Part shown: piece after piece, positions 22,793 through 32,695 of the stretch | How the letters are laid out: the number at the start of each line of letters is the position of its first letter | How positions within the stretch are numbered: position 1 is the first letter of the stretch | NCBI GenBank assembly: GCA_041484665.1 | Contig: JBGPIA010000002.1 | Span: 512,001 to 576,000, forward strand | DNA: 64,000 nucleotides | DNA from: Candidatus Krumholzibacteriia bacterium | Lineage (GTDB): Bacteria; Krumholzibacteriota; Krumholzibacteriia; JAJRXK01 | Direction of reading: 5' to 3' | Program-made: the position numbers and the translations under genes | The notes under the pieces: model-generated | What the model was told of the DNA's origin: nothing | The model's input: the letters and a program-made list of their open reading frames with translations, nothing else | Databases searched by the model: none

Positions 22793-23482
22793 TCACCCAA
22801 GGGGCCCCAGCGGCCAGCGCCGCAGCAGCGTGCCGATGAAGCGCCCGTAGAGGCCCGCCGCCTGCAGCAGCCCCAGCGCGATCAGGCCCGCCGCCGCCAG
22901 GCCAGGCGCGCGCAGCGCGCGCAGCGATCGCCCCAACGTCCCCCCTGCCACCACCGCCACCACCGCCAGCGCGATTGCGGTCCCGAAATGATCCACGGTG
23001 ATGACGGACCGCAGTGCCGGCGGCTCTACTCCGCCCGCCAGCACGGCCGGCCCACCCACGGTCAAGCGCAGCGCGAGGGTCGGCCCCAGATACGGCGGCC
23101 TCGCCCACGCCAGCAAACTGCCCAGGAGCGTGCAGACGGGCGCCATCGCGACCCCGCGCAACCGCGTCACGGGGCGGGCGGGTGTCGGGGCTGGCCTGCG
23201 CGTGCGCGGCGGCGCGAGCCACAGCCCCGCCGCGATCCAGAGCGCGCCGGAGAGTGACCAGCTGGCGCGGCTTCCCCAATGCAGAGGCGCGCCGCACGCC
23301 AGCGCGCCGATTACGTAGCCGGCGCACAGCGCGGCGCCGCAGCCGGCCAGGGCCCGCAGCCCCGCGCGGGCTTCCACTGCGGCGCCCAGCAGCAGGGTGC
23401 ACGCGGCCGCCGGCGCCGCCGCCGGCGTGAGCGCAGCGGCGAGCCCTGCGGCCAGCTGCACAACGGAATCTGGCGCGCTCAC
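22793..23482 (-). CDS. Membrane protein, CcdA/DsbD-TM-like but lacking the catalytic cysteines
   Basis: About 6 hydrophobic segments; AGLAAALTPAAAP and AWARPPYLGPTL align by eye with CcdA AGLxSxxSPCxxP and GWTPCxGPxL. Confidence 0.45.
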   Translation of the reverse strand: MSAPDSVVQLAAGLAAALTPAAAPAAACTLLLGAAVEARAGLRALAGCGAALCAGYVIGALACGAPLHWGSRASWSLSGALWIAAGLWLAPPRTRRPAPTPARPVTRLRGVAMAPVCTLLGSLLAWARPPYLGPTLALRLTVGGPAVLAGGVEPPALRSVITVDHFGTAIALAVVAVVAGGTLGRSLRALRAPGLAAAGLIALGLLQAAGLYGRFIGTLLRRWPLGPLG

Positions 23483-23494
23483 GGCCGTTGCGCC

Positions 23495-24427
23495 CTACTC
23501 GAGAGCACGCTTCTCCTGCCGGCGGTCCGCCTCGAAGATCCGCATGGGCGAGCCCGGCGTGTAGCCGAGGATCTCCTCGATCCCGTCGCCGTCGATGTCC
23601 AGCAGCTCGATGTTCTGGCCGAAGGCATCGGTACGCCATTTCGGCTCACCCGTGACCGCGTCGAGAACCGTCCCGGTATTGAGCACGATCTCCAGCGTCG
23701 CGTCCGAGTCCACGTTGCCCACCTCGATCTCGGTCGCCTGGTAGGTGGTGGTGGAGCGGAACTCCCGATTGAAGCGGCTGCCGTCGATGTAGTCGAGGTA
23801 GCCGTCCCCCAGGATCACCAACTCGTAGGCCGGATCGTTGTCCACGTTGGCGATGGTGAAGGCAGTGATCTCGTCGTAGTCCTCCGGAAGGTTCTCCCAG
23901 TGCAGGTTGAGCTGGTCGTCGAATATGTAGAGCCGCCCGCCCGTGAGGCGCGCGACGATCTCGACGCGCCCGTCGCCGTCGAGGTCCTCGGTGCGCACCT
24001 CCAGCACCGCGCCGTCCAGTGGACGGCTGCGGGCCAGCTCGTGGGCGTCGCGTCCGGTGAGCTGCACGACATGCACGAAGCCGAAGCGGTCCCCGTACAC
24101 CAGGCGCTGGCCGCGTTCGCCGGAGACGACCGGGAGCAGGGCGACCGAGCGCACGCGGAAGGCTGCCCGGTCGAGGGCCAGCACTTGCCAGTAGTCCAGA
24201 TCCTCCTGCGCCAGCGCTCGTGCGGGCGCCAGCACTGCACTCAGCAGCAGCGCGGCCACAAGCGGCGCGGCGGCATGCCACAACGACAGCGCGGCGCGCG
24301 GGGCCGCCCTCCTACGCACCGGGTGGACGGACGGGGGTGCCGCCGGCTCTCCGGCCGCCGCCTGGGGCATCGGGCCTTGGCGCGCGGCGGGGTTGCGCGG
24401 GGGCACGTTCAGGAATCGGCATCGCAT
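23495..24427 (-). CDS. Exported FG-GAP/VCBS-repeat protein
   Basis: Repeats DLDGDGRVEIV, NVDNDPAYELV, NVDSDATLEIV, DIDGDGIEEIL; signal-like hydrophobic stretch; AAGGAG RBS. Confidence 0.75.
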   Translation of the reverse strand: MRCRFLNVPPRNPAARQGPMPQAAAGEPAAPPSVHPVRRRAAPRAALSLWHAAAPLVAALLLSAVLAPARALAQEDLDYWQVLALDRAAFRVRSVALLPVVSGERGQRLVYGDRFGFVHVVQLTGRDAHELARSRPLDGAVLEVRTEDLDGDGRVEIVARLTGGRLYIFDDQLNLHWENLPEDYDEITAFTIANVDNDPAYELVILGDGYLDYIDGSRFNREFRSTTTYQATEIEVGNVDSDATLEIVLNTGTVLDAVTGEPKWRTDAFGQNIELLDIDGDGIEEILGYTPGSPMRIFEADRRQEKRALE

Positions 24428-24473
24428 GGCACAAGCTCCTTCGTTCGAACGACGATCGGGGCGACGGAGTCTT

Positions 24474-25454
24474 TCAGGCGCCGCACTCCTCCAGGCGCAC
24501 ACGCCGCTCTAGTCGGTGCGAGCGGACGCACGCCTCGGCCATGCGCACGGCCTCCACGCCGTCGCGCAGGGGGATCGGCACCTCGATCTCGCGGCGCGCC
24601 ACCCGGACGAACTCCTGCAGGATGCGCGGCAAGGTGGGCAGATCGCCGGGCGATGATACGAGCTCCAGCTCGCGGCCGCGCACGCGCGTAATCGTACCGC
24701 GCCCGTAGTCCACCAGTAGCTGCGCTTGCGTTCCGACAACCTCCAGCGTGCCGCTGCGCGTGGTGGAGAACTTGCTGACCTCGGTGCCCGCCAGGATCTG
24801 CGACGCCTCGTACTCGAAGCAGGCGTCGAACGCGTTCTCGAGGACCGCACCCTCGACGGCCAGCATGCGGCACGTCACCGCGTCGGGGGTGGATCCGAGC
24901 AGCCAGCGCAGCAGATCGAAGAGGTGCACGCCGGTCAGCAGCACCGACCCGCCGCCGGCCACCGCGGCGTCCTCTTGCCAGGCGAGGCCGCTGGGCTCCA
25001 GGCGCTGTTGGAGGCGCAGGCGATGGACCGCTCCGAGGTTTGAGCTCAGCGTACGAGCGAGCTGAAGCGTCGCGTTGTAGCGCAGGGTGTGCGCGACCAT
25101 GGCGATCGCTTCGGGGAAGGTTGCGGTGCGCGCGAGGATCGCCTCCGCCGCCGCCAGCGACTCCGCCAGCGGCTTCTCCACCAACACGGGCTTCCCCGCA
25201 GCCAGCGCCAGCTCCAGCTCGCGCGCATGGCACGCAGGTGGCGTGGCGATGATGACGGCGTCCACGTCGCGGCGGTCGAGCAGCGCTTCCAGCTCCCGCT
25301 CGGCCATGACGCCGTAATTGGCCGCCAGACGCTGCGCCTGGGCCGCGTCGCGGCGCCATAGCGCCACCGCCGTCGCCCCCGGCACATCGGCGAGGACGTG
25401 GCGCAGGTAGCGCTCGCCATGGCGGCCGCAGCCGATCAGTCCGAAACGGAGCAT
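24474..25454 (-). CDS. Gfo/Idh/MocA family oxidoreductase
   Basis: GLIGCG, DAVIIATP, VLVEKP, GGGSVLLTGVHLFD. Confidence 0.9.
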   Translation of the reverse strand: MLRFGLIGCGRHGERYLRHVLADVPGATAVALWRRDAAQAQRLAANYGVMAERELEALLDRRDVDAVIIATPPACHARELELALAAGKPVLVEKPLAESLAAAEAILARTATFPEAIAMVAHTLRYNATLQLARTLSSNLGAVHRLRLQQRLEPSGLAWQEDAAVAGGGSVLLTGVHLFDLLRWLLGSTPDAVTCRMLAVEGAVLENAFDACFEYEASQILAGTEVSKFSTTRSGTLEVVGTQAQLLVDYGRGTITRVRGRELELVSSPGDLPTLPRILQEFVRVARREIEVPIPLRDGVEAVRMAEACVRSHRLERRVRLEECGA

Positions 25455-25519
25455 GCGCAGGACCCGGGGTGGCTGACGCCCGGCTGGCGCGCGGCAGGGG
25501 CGGCCGCGCCGGAACGGGC

Positions 25520-25616
25520 AGTTTAACACCTGGCGGCTGCGCCTCCCAGTCCCCGCCGCGCAGGGGGGCCGTGTTGCCCGTTCCCGCTCCCGGCCCCGCC
25601 ACGGCGATGTTATAGT
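25520..25616. promoter_or_regulatory. Divergent pair of extended -10 promoters
   Basis: Minus strand TGTTAAACT (25528-25520) and plus strand TGTTATAGT (25608-25616). Confidence 0.45.
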
Positions 25617-25661
25617 GCGGCGGATGCGCCCGCCGCACGGGAGGCCCCAGGAGGAACGCGG

Positions 25662-26903
25662 TTGAAGGTCGTCTTCGCCCACAAGTTCTTCTACCGCGTC
25701 GGCGGCACCGAGCAGTACCTCGAGGACCTGACGGCGATCCTGCAGTCGCACGGACATGAGACGATTCCGTTCTCGCTGAAGAGCCCCAAGAACCCACCCA
25801 CGCCCTATGAGACCTACTTCCTCGAGCCGCTGGACTATCGCGACCCCTCGCGGCTGCACCACCTGCGCCAGGCCAGCCGGATCCTGGGACGCACGCTCTA
25901 CTCCTTCGAGGCCAAACGCCAGCTCGACCGTCTGATCAAAGACCTGCGCCCCGACCTCGCCCACCTGCAGCTGATCGATCATCACATCTCGCCGTCGATC
26001 CTCCACACGCTGCGCAAGCACCGCATCCCGGTGGTGCAGAGCGTCAGCAATTACAAGCACGTCTGCGCGAGCTACCGGCTGTACCTGTTCGACCGCCAAG
26101 AGACCTGCCAGCGCTGCCTCTACGGCAATCACTACCACGCAGTGCTCACCCGCTGTTTGAAGGGCAGCTTGGCGGCCAGCGCGCTGGCCGCGTTCGAGAT
26201 GTACCTGCACGCGGCCATGCGCATCTACCACCTGGTCGACCGCTTCATCGTGCCCAACCGCTTCATGGAGGAGAAGCTGGTCGGTGCCGGCTACCCGGCG
26301 CGCAAGGTGGCCCGGCTCTTGAATCCACTGGAGCTCCATCGGTACGCTCCGACCTGGGAGACGGGCGACTTCCTGCTCTACTTCGGGCGCATCGACCCGG
26401 AGAAGGGCGTGGGCTCGCTGGTGCGCGCCATGGAGCGCTTTCCGCGCCTGCGTCTGGTGGTGGTGGGCCACGGGCTGGACTTCGACGCGGTACGCGCCCT
26501 GGCCGTCAACCTGCGCCTGTCCAACGTGGAATTCACAGGCCCCCTGTGGGGGGACGACCTGATGCCCTACCTCGCCCGCGCGAGGGCCGTGGTGGTCCCG
26601 TCGCTCTGGTACGAGATCTCGCCCATGGTCGTCTATCAGGCCTACGCCATGGGCAAGCCGGTGATCGGCGCCGACCTGGGCGGGATCCCGGACCTGGTCA
26701 CCCCCGAGACCGGCCGCCTGTTCGCGCCGGGGGACGTCCAGCAGCTGGGCGACTGCATCGAGCAGGTCGCGCTGGACGACCGGGTGGTGCAGCGCATGGG
26801 CCGCGCAGCCCGGGCGTGGGCCGAGCAGAACCTCGACCCACAGCGCTACTACGAGCGGCTGATGGACGTGTACGCGCAGGCGCGGGAGGAGAGCCGGCGA
26901 TGA
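25662..26903 (+). CDS. Glycosyltransferase family 4
   Basis: GGTE, FGRIDPEKG, VPSLWYEISPMVVYQAYAMGKPVIGADLGGIPD; TTG start with AGGAGG RBS. Confidence 0.92.
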   Translation: MKVVFAHKFFYRVGGTEQYLEDLTAILQSHGHETIPFSLKSPKNPPTPYETYFLEPLDYRDPSRLHHLRQASRILGRTLYSFEAKRQLDRLIKDLRPDLAHLQLIDHHISPSILHTLRKHRIPVVQSVSNYKHVCASYRLYLFDRQETCQRCLYGNHYHAVLTRCLKGSLAASALAAFEMYLHAAMRIYHLVDRFIVPNRFMEEKLVGAGYPARKVARLLNPLELHRYAPTWETGDFLLYFGRIDPEKGVGSLVRAMERFPRLRLVVVGHGLDFDAVRALAVNLRLSNVEFTGPLWGDDLMPYLARARAVVVPSLWYEISPMVVYQAYAMGKPVIGADLGGIPDLVTPETGRLFAPGDVQQLGDCIEQVALDDRVVQRMGRAARAWAEQNLDPQRYYERLMDVYAQAREESRR

Positions 26904-26967
26904 GAGGGCAGCGCACACCACGATGTAGCAGCGACGAAACCGCGGTAGGAAGAGGGAGGCAGCGGCG

Positions 26968-27894
26968 ATGAGAGCGCTGGTGCTGGGCGGAAACGGCTTC
27001 ATCGGCAGCCACCTGGTAGACGCGCTCCTGCACGACGGCGCGAGCGTCACCGTGCTCGACCGCGAGATGGAACGCTACCGCGCACCGCTGCCGGGCGTGC
27101 GCTACGTGGCCGGCGAGCTGGGCAACACGGGCCTGCTGCGCGCGCTGTTGCCGGGCGTCGACGTGGCGTTCCACCTGGCCAGCACCACGCTGCCGGCCAC
27201 CTCCAACGACGCGCCTGTGTTTGACGTGCAGAGCAACTTGGTGGACACGCTGCGCCTGCTGGAGACGTGCGCCGGCTGCGCGGTGGGCAAGGTCGTGTTC
27301 CTCTCCTCGGGCGGCACGGTCTACGGCCAGGTGGACGCCGCGCCCGTCGCCGAGGACCACGCCACCACCCCCATCTGCTCCTACGGCATCGTGAAGCTGG
27401 CGATCGAGCACTACCTGCGCTTGTTCCACCGCACGGCAGGACTGCGCTACGCCGTGTTGCGCCCCTCCAACCCGTTCGGCCCCCGCCAGAACCCCGAGGG
27501 CAACCAGGGAGCGGTCGCCGTCTTCCTGGGCCGCATTGCCCGCGGCGAGCCCGTCACGATCTGGGGCGATGGTGAGATCGTGCGCGACTATTTCCATGTG
27601 AGCGATCTGGCCCGCGCGATCGTGCTGGCCGCGCGCTCGCCCAAGGCGGAGCTCACCCTCAACGTCGGCTCGGGTGCGGGACTCTCCCTCAACCAGCTCG
27701 TGGCGCGCCTGGGGCAGCTGACGGGAAAGCCCGTGACCGTCGTCCGCGAGCCGGCCCGTCCCCTCGACGTGCCGCGGCTGGTGCTGGACACGCACCGCGC
27801 ACGCACCGAGCTGGGCTGGGCGCCCAGCGTACCGCTGGACGCCGGCCTGGCGCAGACCTGGGAGTGGGTGAGCCAGGAGTGGCCGTCCCGCTGA
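26968..27894 (+). CDS. NAD-dependent epimerase/dehydratase
   Basis: GGNGFIG, SSGGTVYG, YGIVK, RDYFHVSD. Confidence 0.92.
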   Translation: MRALVLGGNGFIGSHLVDALLHDGASVTVLDREMERYRAPLPGVRYVAGELGNTGLLRALLPGVDVAFHLASTTLPATSNDAPVFDVQSNLVDTLRLLETCAGCAVGKVVFLSSGGTVYGQVDAAPVAEDHATTPICSYGIVKLAIEHYLRLFHRTAGLRYAVLRPSNPFGPRQNPEGNQGAVAVFLGRIARGEPVTIWGDGEIVRDYFHVSDLARAIVLAARSPKAELTLNVGSGAGLSLNQLVARLGQLTGKPVTVVREPARPLDVPRLVLDTHRARTELGWAPSVPLDAGLAQTWEWVSQEWPSR

Positions 27895-28598
27895 GGCCGC
27901 CGCCATCCGATCCCGGCGGCGACGCGGCCAGCGACCCCGATCGCTACCTGTCGGTGGTGGACGGAGCCCCCGCCGAGCTGCGGTTGAGGGGCTCGCGGTT
28001 CCTGGGTCAGGCGCTGCGCGCCGACGACCAGGCGCAGGCCCAGGCAGCACTGCTCGCGCAGCGCAAGGCGCGCTTCGACGCCACCCACCACTGCTGGGCG
28101 CTGCGGCTGGGCCCGCCGGAGCGACCGCTGGAGCGCGGCGACGACGGGGGCGAGCCGTCGGGCACGGCCGGCGTGCCCATCCTGGGAGCGCTGCAGCGCG
28201 CGCAGATCTACGATTGCTGCTTGGTCGTTACCCGCTGGTACGGAGGGACCAAGCTCGGCATGGGCGGTCTTGCCCGCGCCTACGCGGAGGCGGCGGCTCA
28301 GGCGTTGGCCGCTGCACCGCGGCGCACCGTCTGGCGCACGGCCGAGCTGGGCGTCGCGTGCAGCTACGACGACCTGGGGGCGGTGGAGGCAACCCTCGCC
28401 CGGGCCGGCGATGCCGTGCGCGAAGTGAGCCGCGCCTTCGAGCCCCACCTGCAACTGCGCGTCACCGTGCTGCGCAGCCGCGCGGAGCCGCTGCAGGCAG
28501 CCCTGCGCGAGGCGACCGGCGCCCGCGCCGCGCTCAGCCTTTCGCGCCGCGGACCTCCTGAGGATACATCGCCGCCACGAACTCCTCGTAACCGTTGA
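27864..28598 (+). CDS. IMPACT/YigZ family protein
   Basis: GSRF, ATHHCWA, DGGEPSGTAG, VVTRWYGGTKLGMGGLARAY; start uncertain. Confidence 0.9.
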   Translation: MGEPGVAVPLRPPPSDPGGDAASDPDRYLSVVDGAPAELRLRGSRFLGQALRADDQAQAQAALLAQRKARFDATHHCWALRLGPPERPLERGDDGGEPSGTAGVPILGALQRAQIYDCCLVVTRWYGGTKLGMGGLARAYAEAAAQALAAAPRRTVWRTAELGVACSYDDLGAVEATLARAGDAVREVSRAFEPHLQLRVTVLRSRAEPLQAALREATGARAALSLSRRGPPEDTSPPRTPRNR

Positions 28599-29532
28599 AC
28601 ATGCGCGTTGGGACGTGGTCGCCTGAGCCGATGAGCTGCTCCTTGGCCTGGCTCCAGCGCGGATGCGGGACGTTGGGGTTCACGTTGCTCAAGAACGAGT
28701 ACTCGTCGGGGGCCAGGTCGTTCCAGAACGTGCGTGGCTGCTCGGCCACGAACTCGATCTTCACGAACGACTTCGGATTCTTGTAGCCGTACTTCCAGGG
28801 CACGATCACGCGCAGCGGCGCCCCATGCTGGTTGGGCAGCGGATGTCCGTAGATGCCTGTGGTCACCATGGCCAGCTCGTGCATCGCCTCGTCCATGCGC
28901 AGCGCCTCGTAGTAGGGCCACGGGTACCAGGTCTGCGTCTTCTGCCCCACCGCCTCCGCGGGCCGCAGGAACGACGTGAAGCGCACGAATCTCGCCTGGC
29001 TGGTGGGCTGCACCTGCTCGATGAGCTTGCGCAGCGGAAACCCGGTCCACGGCACGGTCATCGCCCAGGCCTCGACGCACCGGAAGCGGTAGACGCGCTC
29101 TTCCAGCGGCATGGACCGGATGAGCTGCTCGACGTCGAGCTTGCCCGGCTTGCTCACGAGGCCAGCGACCTCGACGGTCCATGGCCAGGCATGGAACTCC
29201 TTTGCCAGCTCCCAGACGCGCCCCTTGTCGGTGGTGAACTCGTAGAAGTTGTTGTGAGCGGCCGCGACCTTCTCCTCGCTCAGCGCGCGGTCGACGGTGT
29301 AGCGCTGGTTGCGCGCCGCCGGATAGCGGTCGGCGGTGGGCAACTTCGCGAAGTCGGGCAGCTGCGCCTGCGCATCACGGGGGCGCGGCTTGCCCACACC
29401 CGCGATCAGGGTGGCTCCCCCCAGTGCGGTCAGGCCGGCCAGGGCCAGGAATGCGCGCCGGCTCCGGTAGGCCGATTCGGGAGTGACCTCGCGCTCGGGG
29501 ACCTCCCAACCCCTCTTGCGGTGAACGTGCAT
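28534..29532 (-). CDS. msrP: Periplasmic molybdopterin methionine-sulfoxide reductase catalytic subunit
   Basis: Tat signal SRRAFL; NNFYEF, RFRCVEAWAM, NQHGAPLR, PWKYGYK, NVNPNVPHPRWSQ. Confidence 0.95.
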   Translation of the reverse strand: MHVHRKRGWEVPEREVTPESAYRSRRAFLALAGLTALGGATLIAGVGKPRPRDAQAQLPDFAKLPTADRYPAARNQRYTVDRALSEEKVAAAHNNFYEFTTDKGRVWELAKEFHAWPWTVEVAGLVSKPGKLDVEQLIRSMPLEERVYRFRCVEAWAMTVPWTGFPLRKLIEQVQPTSQARFVRFTSFLRPAEAVGQKTQTWYPWPYYEALRMDEAMHELAMVTTGIYGHPLPNQHGAPLRVIVPWKYGYKNPKSFVKIEFVAEQPRTFWNDLAPDEYSFLSNVNPNVPHPRWSQAKEQLIGSGDHVPTRMFNGYEEFVAAMYPQEVRGAKG

Positions 29533-29806
29533 GGTGGAAGCCGCCTCCTGGGGGAACTGCGGGGGAAATCAACGTGGACAGCCCGTCTCCCGCTACCATA
29601 ATTGCCGGGGCCGGACCGCCGCCACCGACACGCCCGCGCTCGAGTGCACCATCCTACGACACACCGCCATGGGAGCGTACGCCTTGTCAACGATGGGTGC
29701 CTGCCACCGGTTCCCGGACCTCCTCCGTTGCGCCGTGCGCAACGCCGCCCGGCGACTGGACCCCCGGCGGCCCGCGCTGCGGGGGACTGCGCGCGGGCAC
29801 GCGGCC

Positions 29807-32671
29807 TTGCGGCGGCCGACCCAGGGACAGCACGGCCCGGAGCCGCCCGTCCTGCGGCCGCCCTCGACCGTGGTGCTCCTGTCGGTGTTGTTCGTGCTGT
29901 TGCCCGCGCGGGGGCCGGCCGGCGCGCCAGCGGCGGGCATCCGCCCCGCGGACGCGCCAACGGCGGGCGCGGGTGAGAGCGGCGAGTTTCGCCTTCCCAA
30001 CGGCCTGCGCGTGCGCCTCATGCCCGACGCTGGCAGCGGGCTGGTCGCGTGCAATGTCTTCGTCGGCGCGGGCTCGACACGCGAAGAGGACCGCTATGCC
30101 GGCAGCAGCCACTTCCTGGAGCACCTGCTCTTCAACGGCACGACCACCCGAACCCAGGAGCAGCTCTACGCCGGAGCCGACCGCATCGGCGCCTACAACA
30201 ACGCCACGACGCGCCAGGAGTTCACCCATTTCATGATGGTGGCGCCTAGCGAGCACCTGGACGAGGCGTTGCAGCTGCAGTCGGACATGCTGCTGCGGAG
30301 CACGCTGCCGCCGCAGAAATTCGAGAAGGAGCGCGGCATCGTCCTGGAGGAGATGAGCAAGGACCGCGACGATCCCGCCACGCGCGCCGAGGCGGTGCTG
30401 GACAGCGCGCTGTATGGCGGCACGCCGTTCGCACGTCCGGTGCTGGGCACCGTGGAGACCATCGAGGGCCTGCCGCGCGAAGCGGTCTGGGAGTACTACC
30501 GGCGCCAGTACGTGCCCGGCAACATGCTGCTCCTGCTCATGGGCGAGTTCGATGCCCAGGCCGCCCGCAAGCTCATCGCGGAGCGCTTCGCCGGCGACGG
30601 GGGCGCCGCCGGCGGCGCTGGCGCGCGCGCGGCGATGCTCTTCGAGCCCGCGCTGGCCCTGCCGCACGCGAGCGCCCTGCACCTGCGGGCGCTGTCCGGC
30701 GAGCAGATGCACGTGCGGATCGCGATCCCGCTGCCGCCGCCGGGCGCGGCGGGGCACAGCGAGCTGGCGCTGTTGGCCTTCGTGCTGGGCGGCGGCGAGA
30801 GCAGCCGCCTGCAGCGGGCGCTCGCCCGCGAGCCGCGGCTGGCGGTGCCCGACCTCTCTTGCGGGCTGGTACACCGGGCAGGCGCCACGCTGCTGGACGT
30901 CCGCGCCGCGTTCGACCCGCAGGTGGCCTACGAGCAGGTCGTGGAGCGGCTGTGCGGCGAGCTGGCGGGCCTGGCGACGCAGCCGGTGACCGAGCAGGAG
31001 CTCAAGGCAGCGCGCACGCGCGCCCTCAGCGAGGAGATCTCCCAGATCGAGCAGCTCCACTACTACGCGATCCTGCAGGGCGACCGCATCTGGCGGGCAC
31101 CCGCGGGCTTCGAGCGGGAGCATCTGCAAGCGATCGAGCGGGCGACGCCGGCGGCGCTGCTGGCGGTGGCCAAGGAGCAGCTCGCCCGGCCGGCGGTGCA
31201 GGTCTGCGTGGCTGGACCGGGTCTGGCCGCCCAGGACCGGCCGGTGGAGCCGGCGGAGGTCGGCTACACAGCCACGGCGTCGCCGGCGGCCGGCGCGGCG
31301 CCGCCCGGCTCAGCCGCCACGGCGGAGGCGGCGTCCGCCGCAGCAGCAGCCTCGGCGGCCGCCGCCATCGACCCGGCGTGGCCGCCCGCCCTGGAGCAGG
31401 ACGAGCCCCCCAGCGTCACGGTACTGGAGAACGGTCTCACACTCATCCACAGCGCGTCATCGAGCGCGCGCATGTTCGCCCTGCATCTGCTGGTGCGCGA
31501 CCGCAGCGGGCGCGAGCTGGCCGGCAAGGAGGGAATCGCCGACTTGCTGCACCGCATGCTGCCGCGCGGGGCGGGCCCCTACGACCGCGCCGCCTTCGCC
31601 CAGCAGCTCGACGCCATGGCCGCCGAGCTCAAGGTGGTCGACAGCCCCCAGATCCCCTACGACGATTACTACACGACGCCCTTGTACTCGTTCGTGCGCC
31701 TGTCCTGCATCGATGGCTACTACCGCGACGCGATCCGCCTGCTGGGTCTGATGGTGACGCAGCCGCGGCTCGACGCGACAGAGCTGGACGATGCGCGGCA
31801 GGAGTTGCTGTCGATCCTGCGCCGCGAGGCGGGCCAAACCAGCGCCGCGGCGCGCGACGAGCTGGCGGCGCTGCTCTATCCCGGGCATCCCCTCGTCCAT
31901 CGCGTGCTGGGCACCGTAGAGAGCGTGTCGGGCATCGACCGCGCAGCGCTGCAGGCGTTCGCGCGGGAGTATCTGGCGCCATCGGGCATGGTGCTGGCGG
32001 TGGTGGGCAACGTCCCCAAGCAGGAGGTGCTCGCGCGCGTGCGCGCGGCGTTTCCCCCCATCGCCGGATCGGGCAGCGACCCCCACCCGGTCACGGTCGC
32101 CGCAGCGCTGCACGAGCTGGGGCCGCTCCCGCTCACATCGGCGTCGCAGCGCGAAGAACTGCAGATCGGTGGCGAGCAGGCCTGGGTGCGCATGGGCCGC
32201 GTGGTCGAGGTCGATCCGTCCGACCGCTGGGCGCTGCAGGTCGCGGCGATGATCGCCTCGGGGAGGATGGCCCAGGACCTGCGCGAGACGCGCGGGCTGG
32301 CCTACTCGCTGGGGATCTCGCTCGATCCGTTGGGAAGCCGTGCAGCGATCGTCGCGCGCATGGGCACACGGCAGCAGAACCTCGCCGAGGCCGAGGCCGG
32401 CGTGCGCTCGTACCTGACGTCCGGGCAATTGGCAGTGACCGCTGATGAGATCGCGACCGCGGTGAACAGCCACCTTGGCCGCATGCGCATGCGCCGTGTG
32501 ACGCGGATCGGCCAGGCGTTCACGCTCAGCGAAGATGTGGCGCTGGGCGAAGGACTGGACGGGGCGCGGCAGGAGGCGAACGGTCTGCGCGCAGTGACCG
32601 CGCAGGACGTCGAGCGGGTGGCAAAGCGCTACCTCGGGCAGGGACCGCTCATAACAGTGATCGCACGCTGA
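29807..32671 (+). CDS. M16 (pitrilysin-like) zinc peptidase, two-lobed
   Basis: Inverted zincin HFLEH, NATT, ERGIVLEE, LRETRGLAYS; start uncertain between 29669 and 29869. Confidence 0.88.
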   Translation: MRRPTQGQHGPEPPVLRPPSTVVLLSVLFVLLPARGPAGAPAAGIRPADAPTAGAGESGEFRLPNGLRVRLMPDAGSGLVACNVFVGAGSTREEDRYAGSSHFLEHLLFNGTTTRTQEQLYAGADRIGAYNNATTRQEFTHFMMVAPSEHLDEALQLQSDMLLRSTLPPQKFEKERGIVLEEMSKDRDDPATRAEAVLDSALYGGTPFARPVLGTVETIEGLPREAVWEYYRRQYVPGNMLLLLMGEFDAQAARKLIAERFAGDGGAAGGAGARAAMLFEPALALPHASALHLRALSGEQMHVRIAIPLPPPGAAGHSELALLAFVLGGGESSRLQRALAREPRLAVPDLSCGLVHRAGATLLDVRAAFDPQVAYEQVVERLCGELAGLATQPVTEQELKAARTRALSEEISQIEQLHYYAILQGDRIWRAPAGFEREHLQAIERATPAALLAVAKEQLARPAVQVCVAGPGLAAQDRPVEPAEVGYTATASPAAGAAPPGSAATAEAASAAAAASAAAAIDPAWPPALEQDEPPSVTVLENGLTLIHSASSSARMFALHLLVRDRSGRELAGKEGIADLLHRMLPRGAGPYDRAAFAQQLDAMAAELKVVDSPQIPYDDYYTTPLYSFVRLSCIDGYYRDAIRLLGLMVTQPRLDATELDDARQELLSILRREAGQTSAAARDELAALLYPGHPLVHRVLGTVESVSGIDRAALQAFAREYLAPSGMVLAVVGNVPKQEVLARVRAAFPPIAGSGSDPHPVTVAAALHELGPLPLTSASQREELQIGGEQAWVRMGRVVEVDPSDRWALQVAAMIASGRMAQDLRETRGLAYSLGISLDPLGSRAAIVARMGTRQQNLAEAEAGVRSYLTSGQLAVTADEIATAVNSHLGRMRMRRVTRIGQAFTLSEDVALGEGLDGARQEANGLRAVTAQDVERVAKRYLGQGPLITVIAR

Positions 32672-32695
32672 AGGCCGACGTGACCCACCCGCGCT

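Noticed and set aside
24474..27050. 858-aa ORF as one large oxidoreductase fusion
   Set aside because: Only the part from ATG 25454 is Gfo/Idh/MocA; the rest is antisense to the GT4 gene
31270..31370. Ala-rich GCC/GCG runs as a repeat element
   Set aside because: In-frame low-complexity linker between the two M16 lobes
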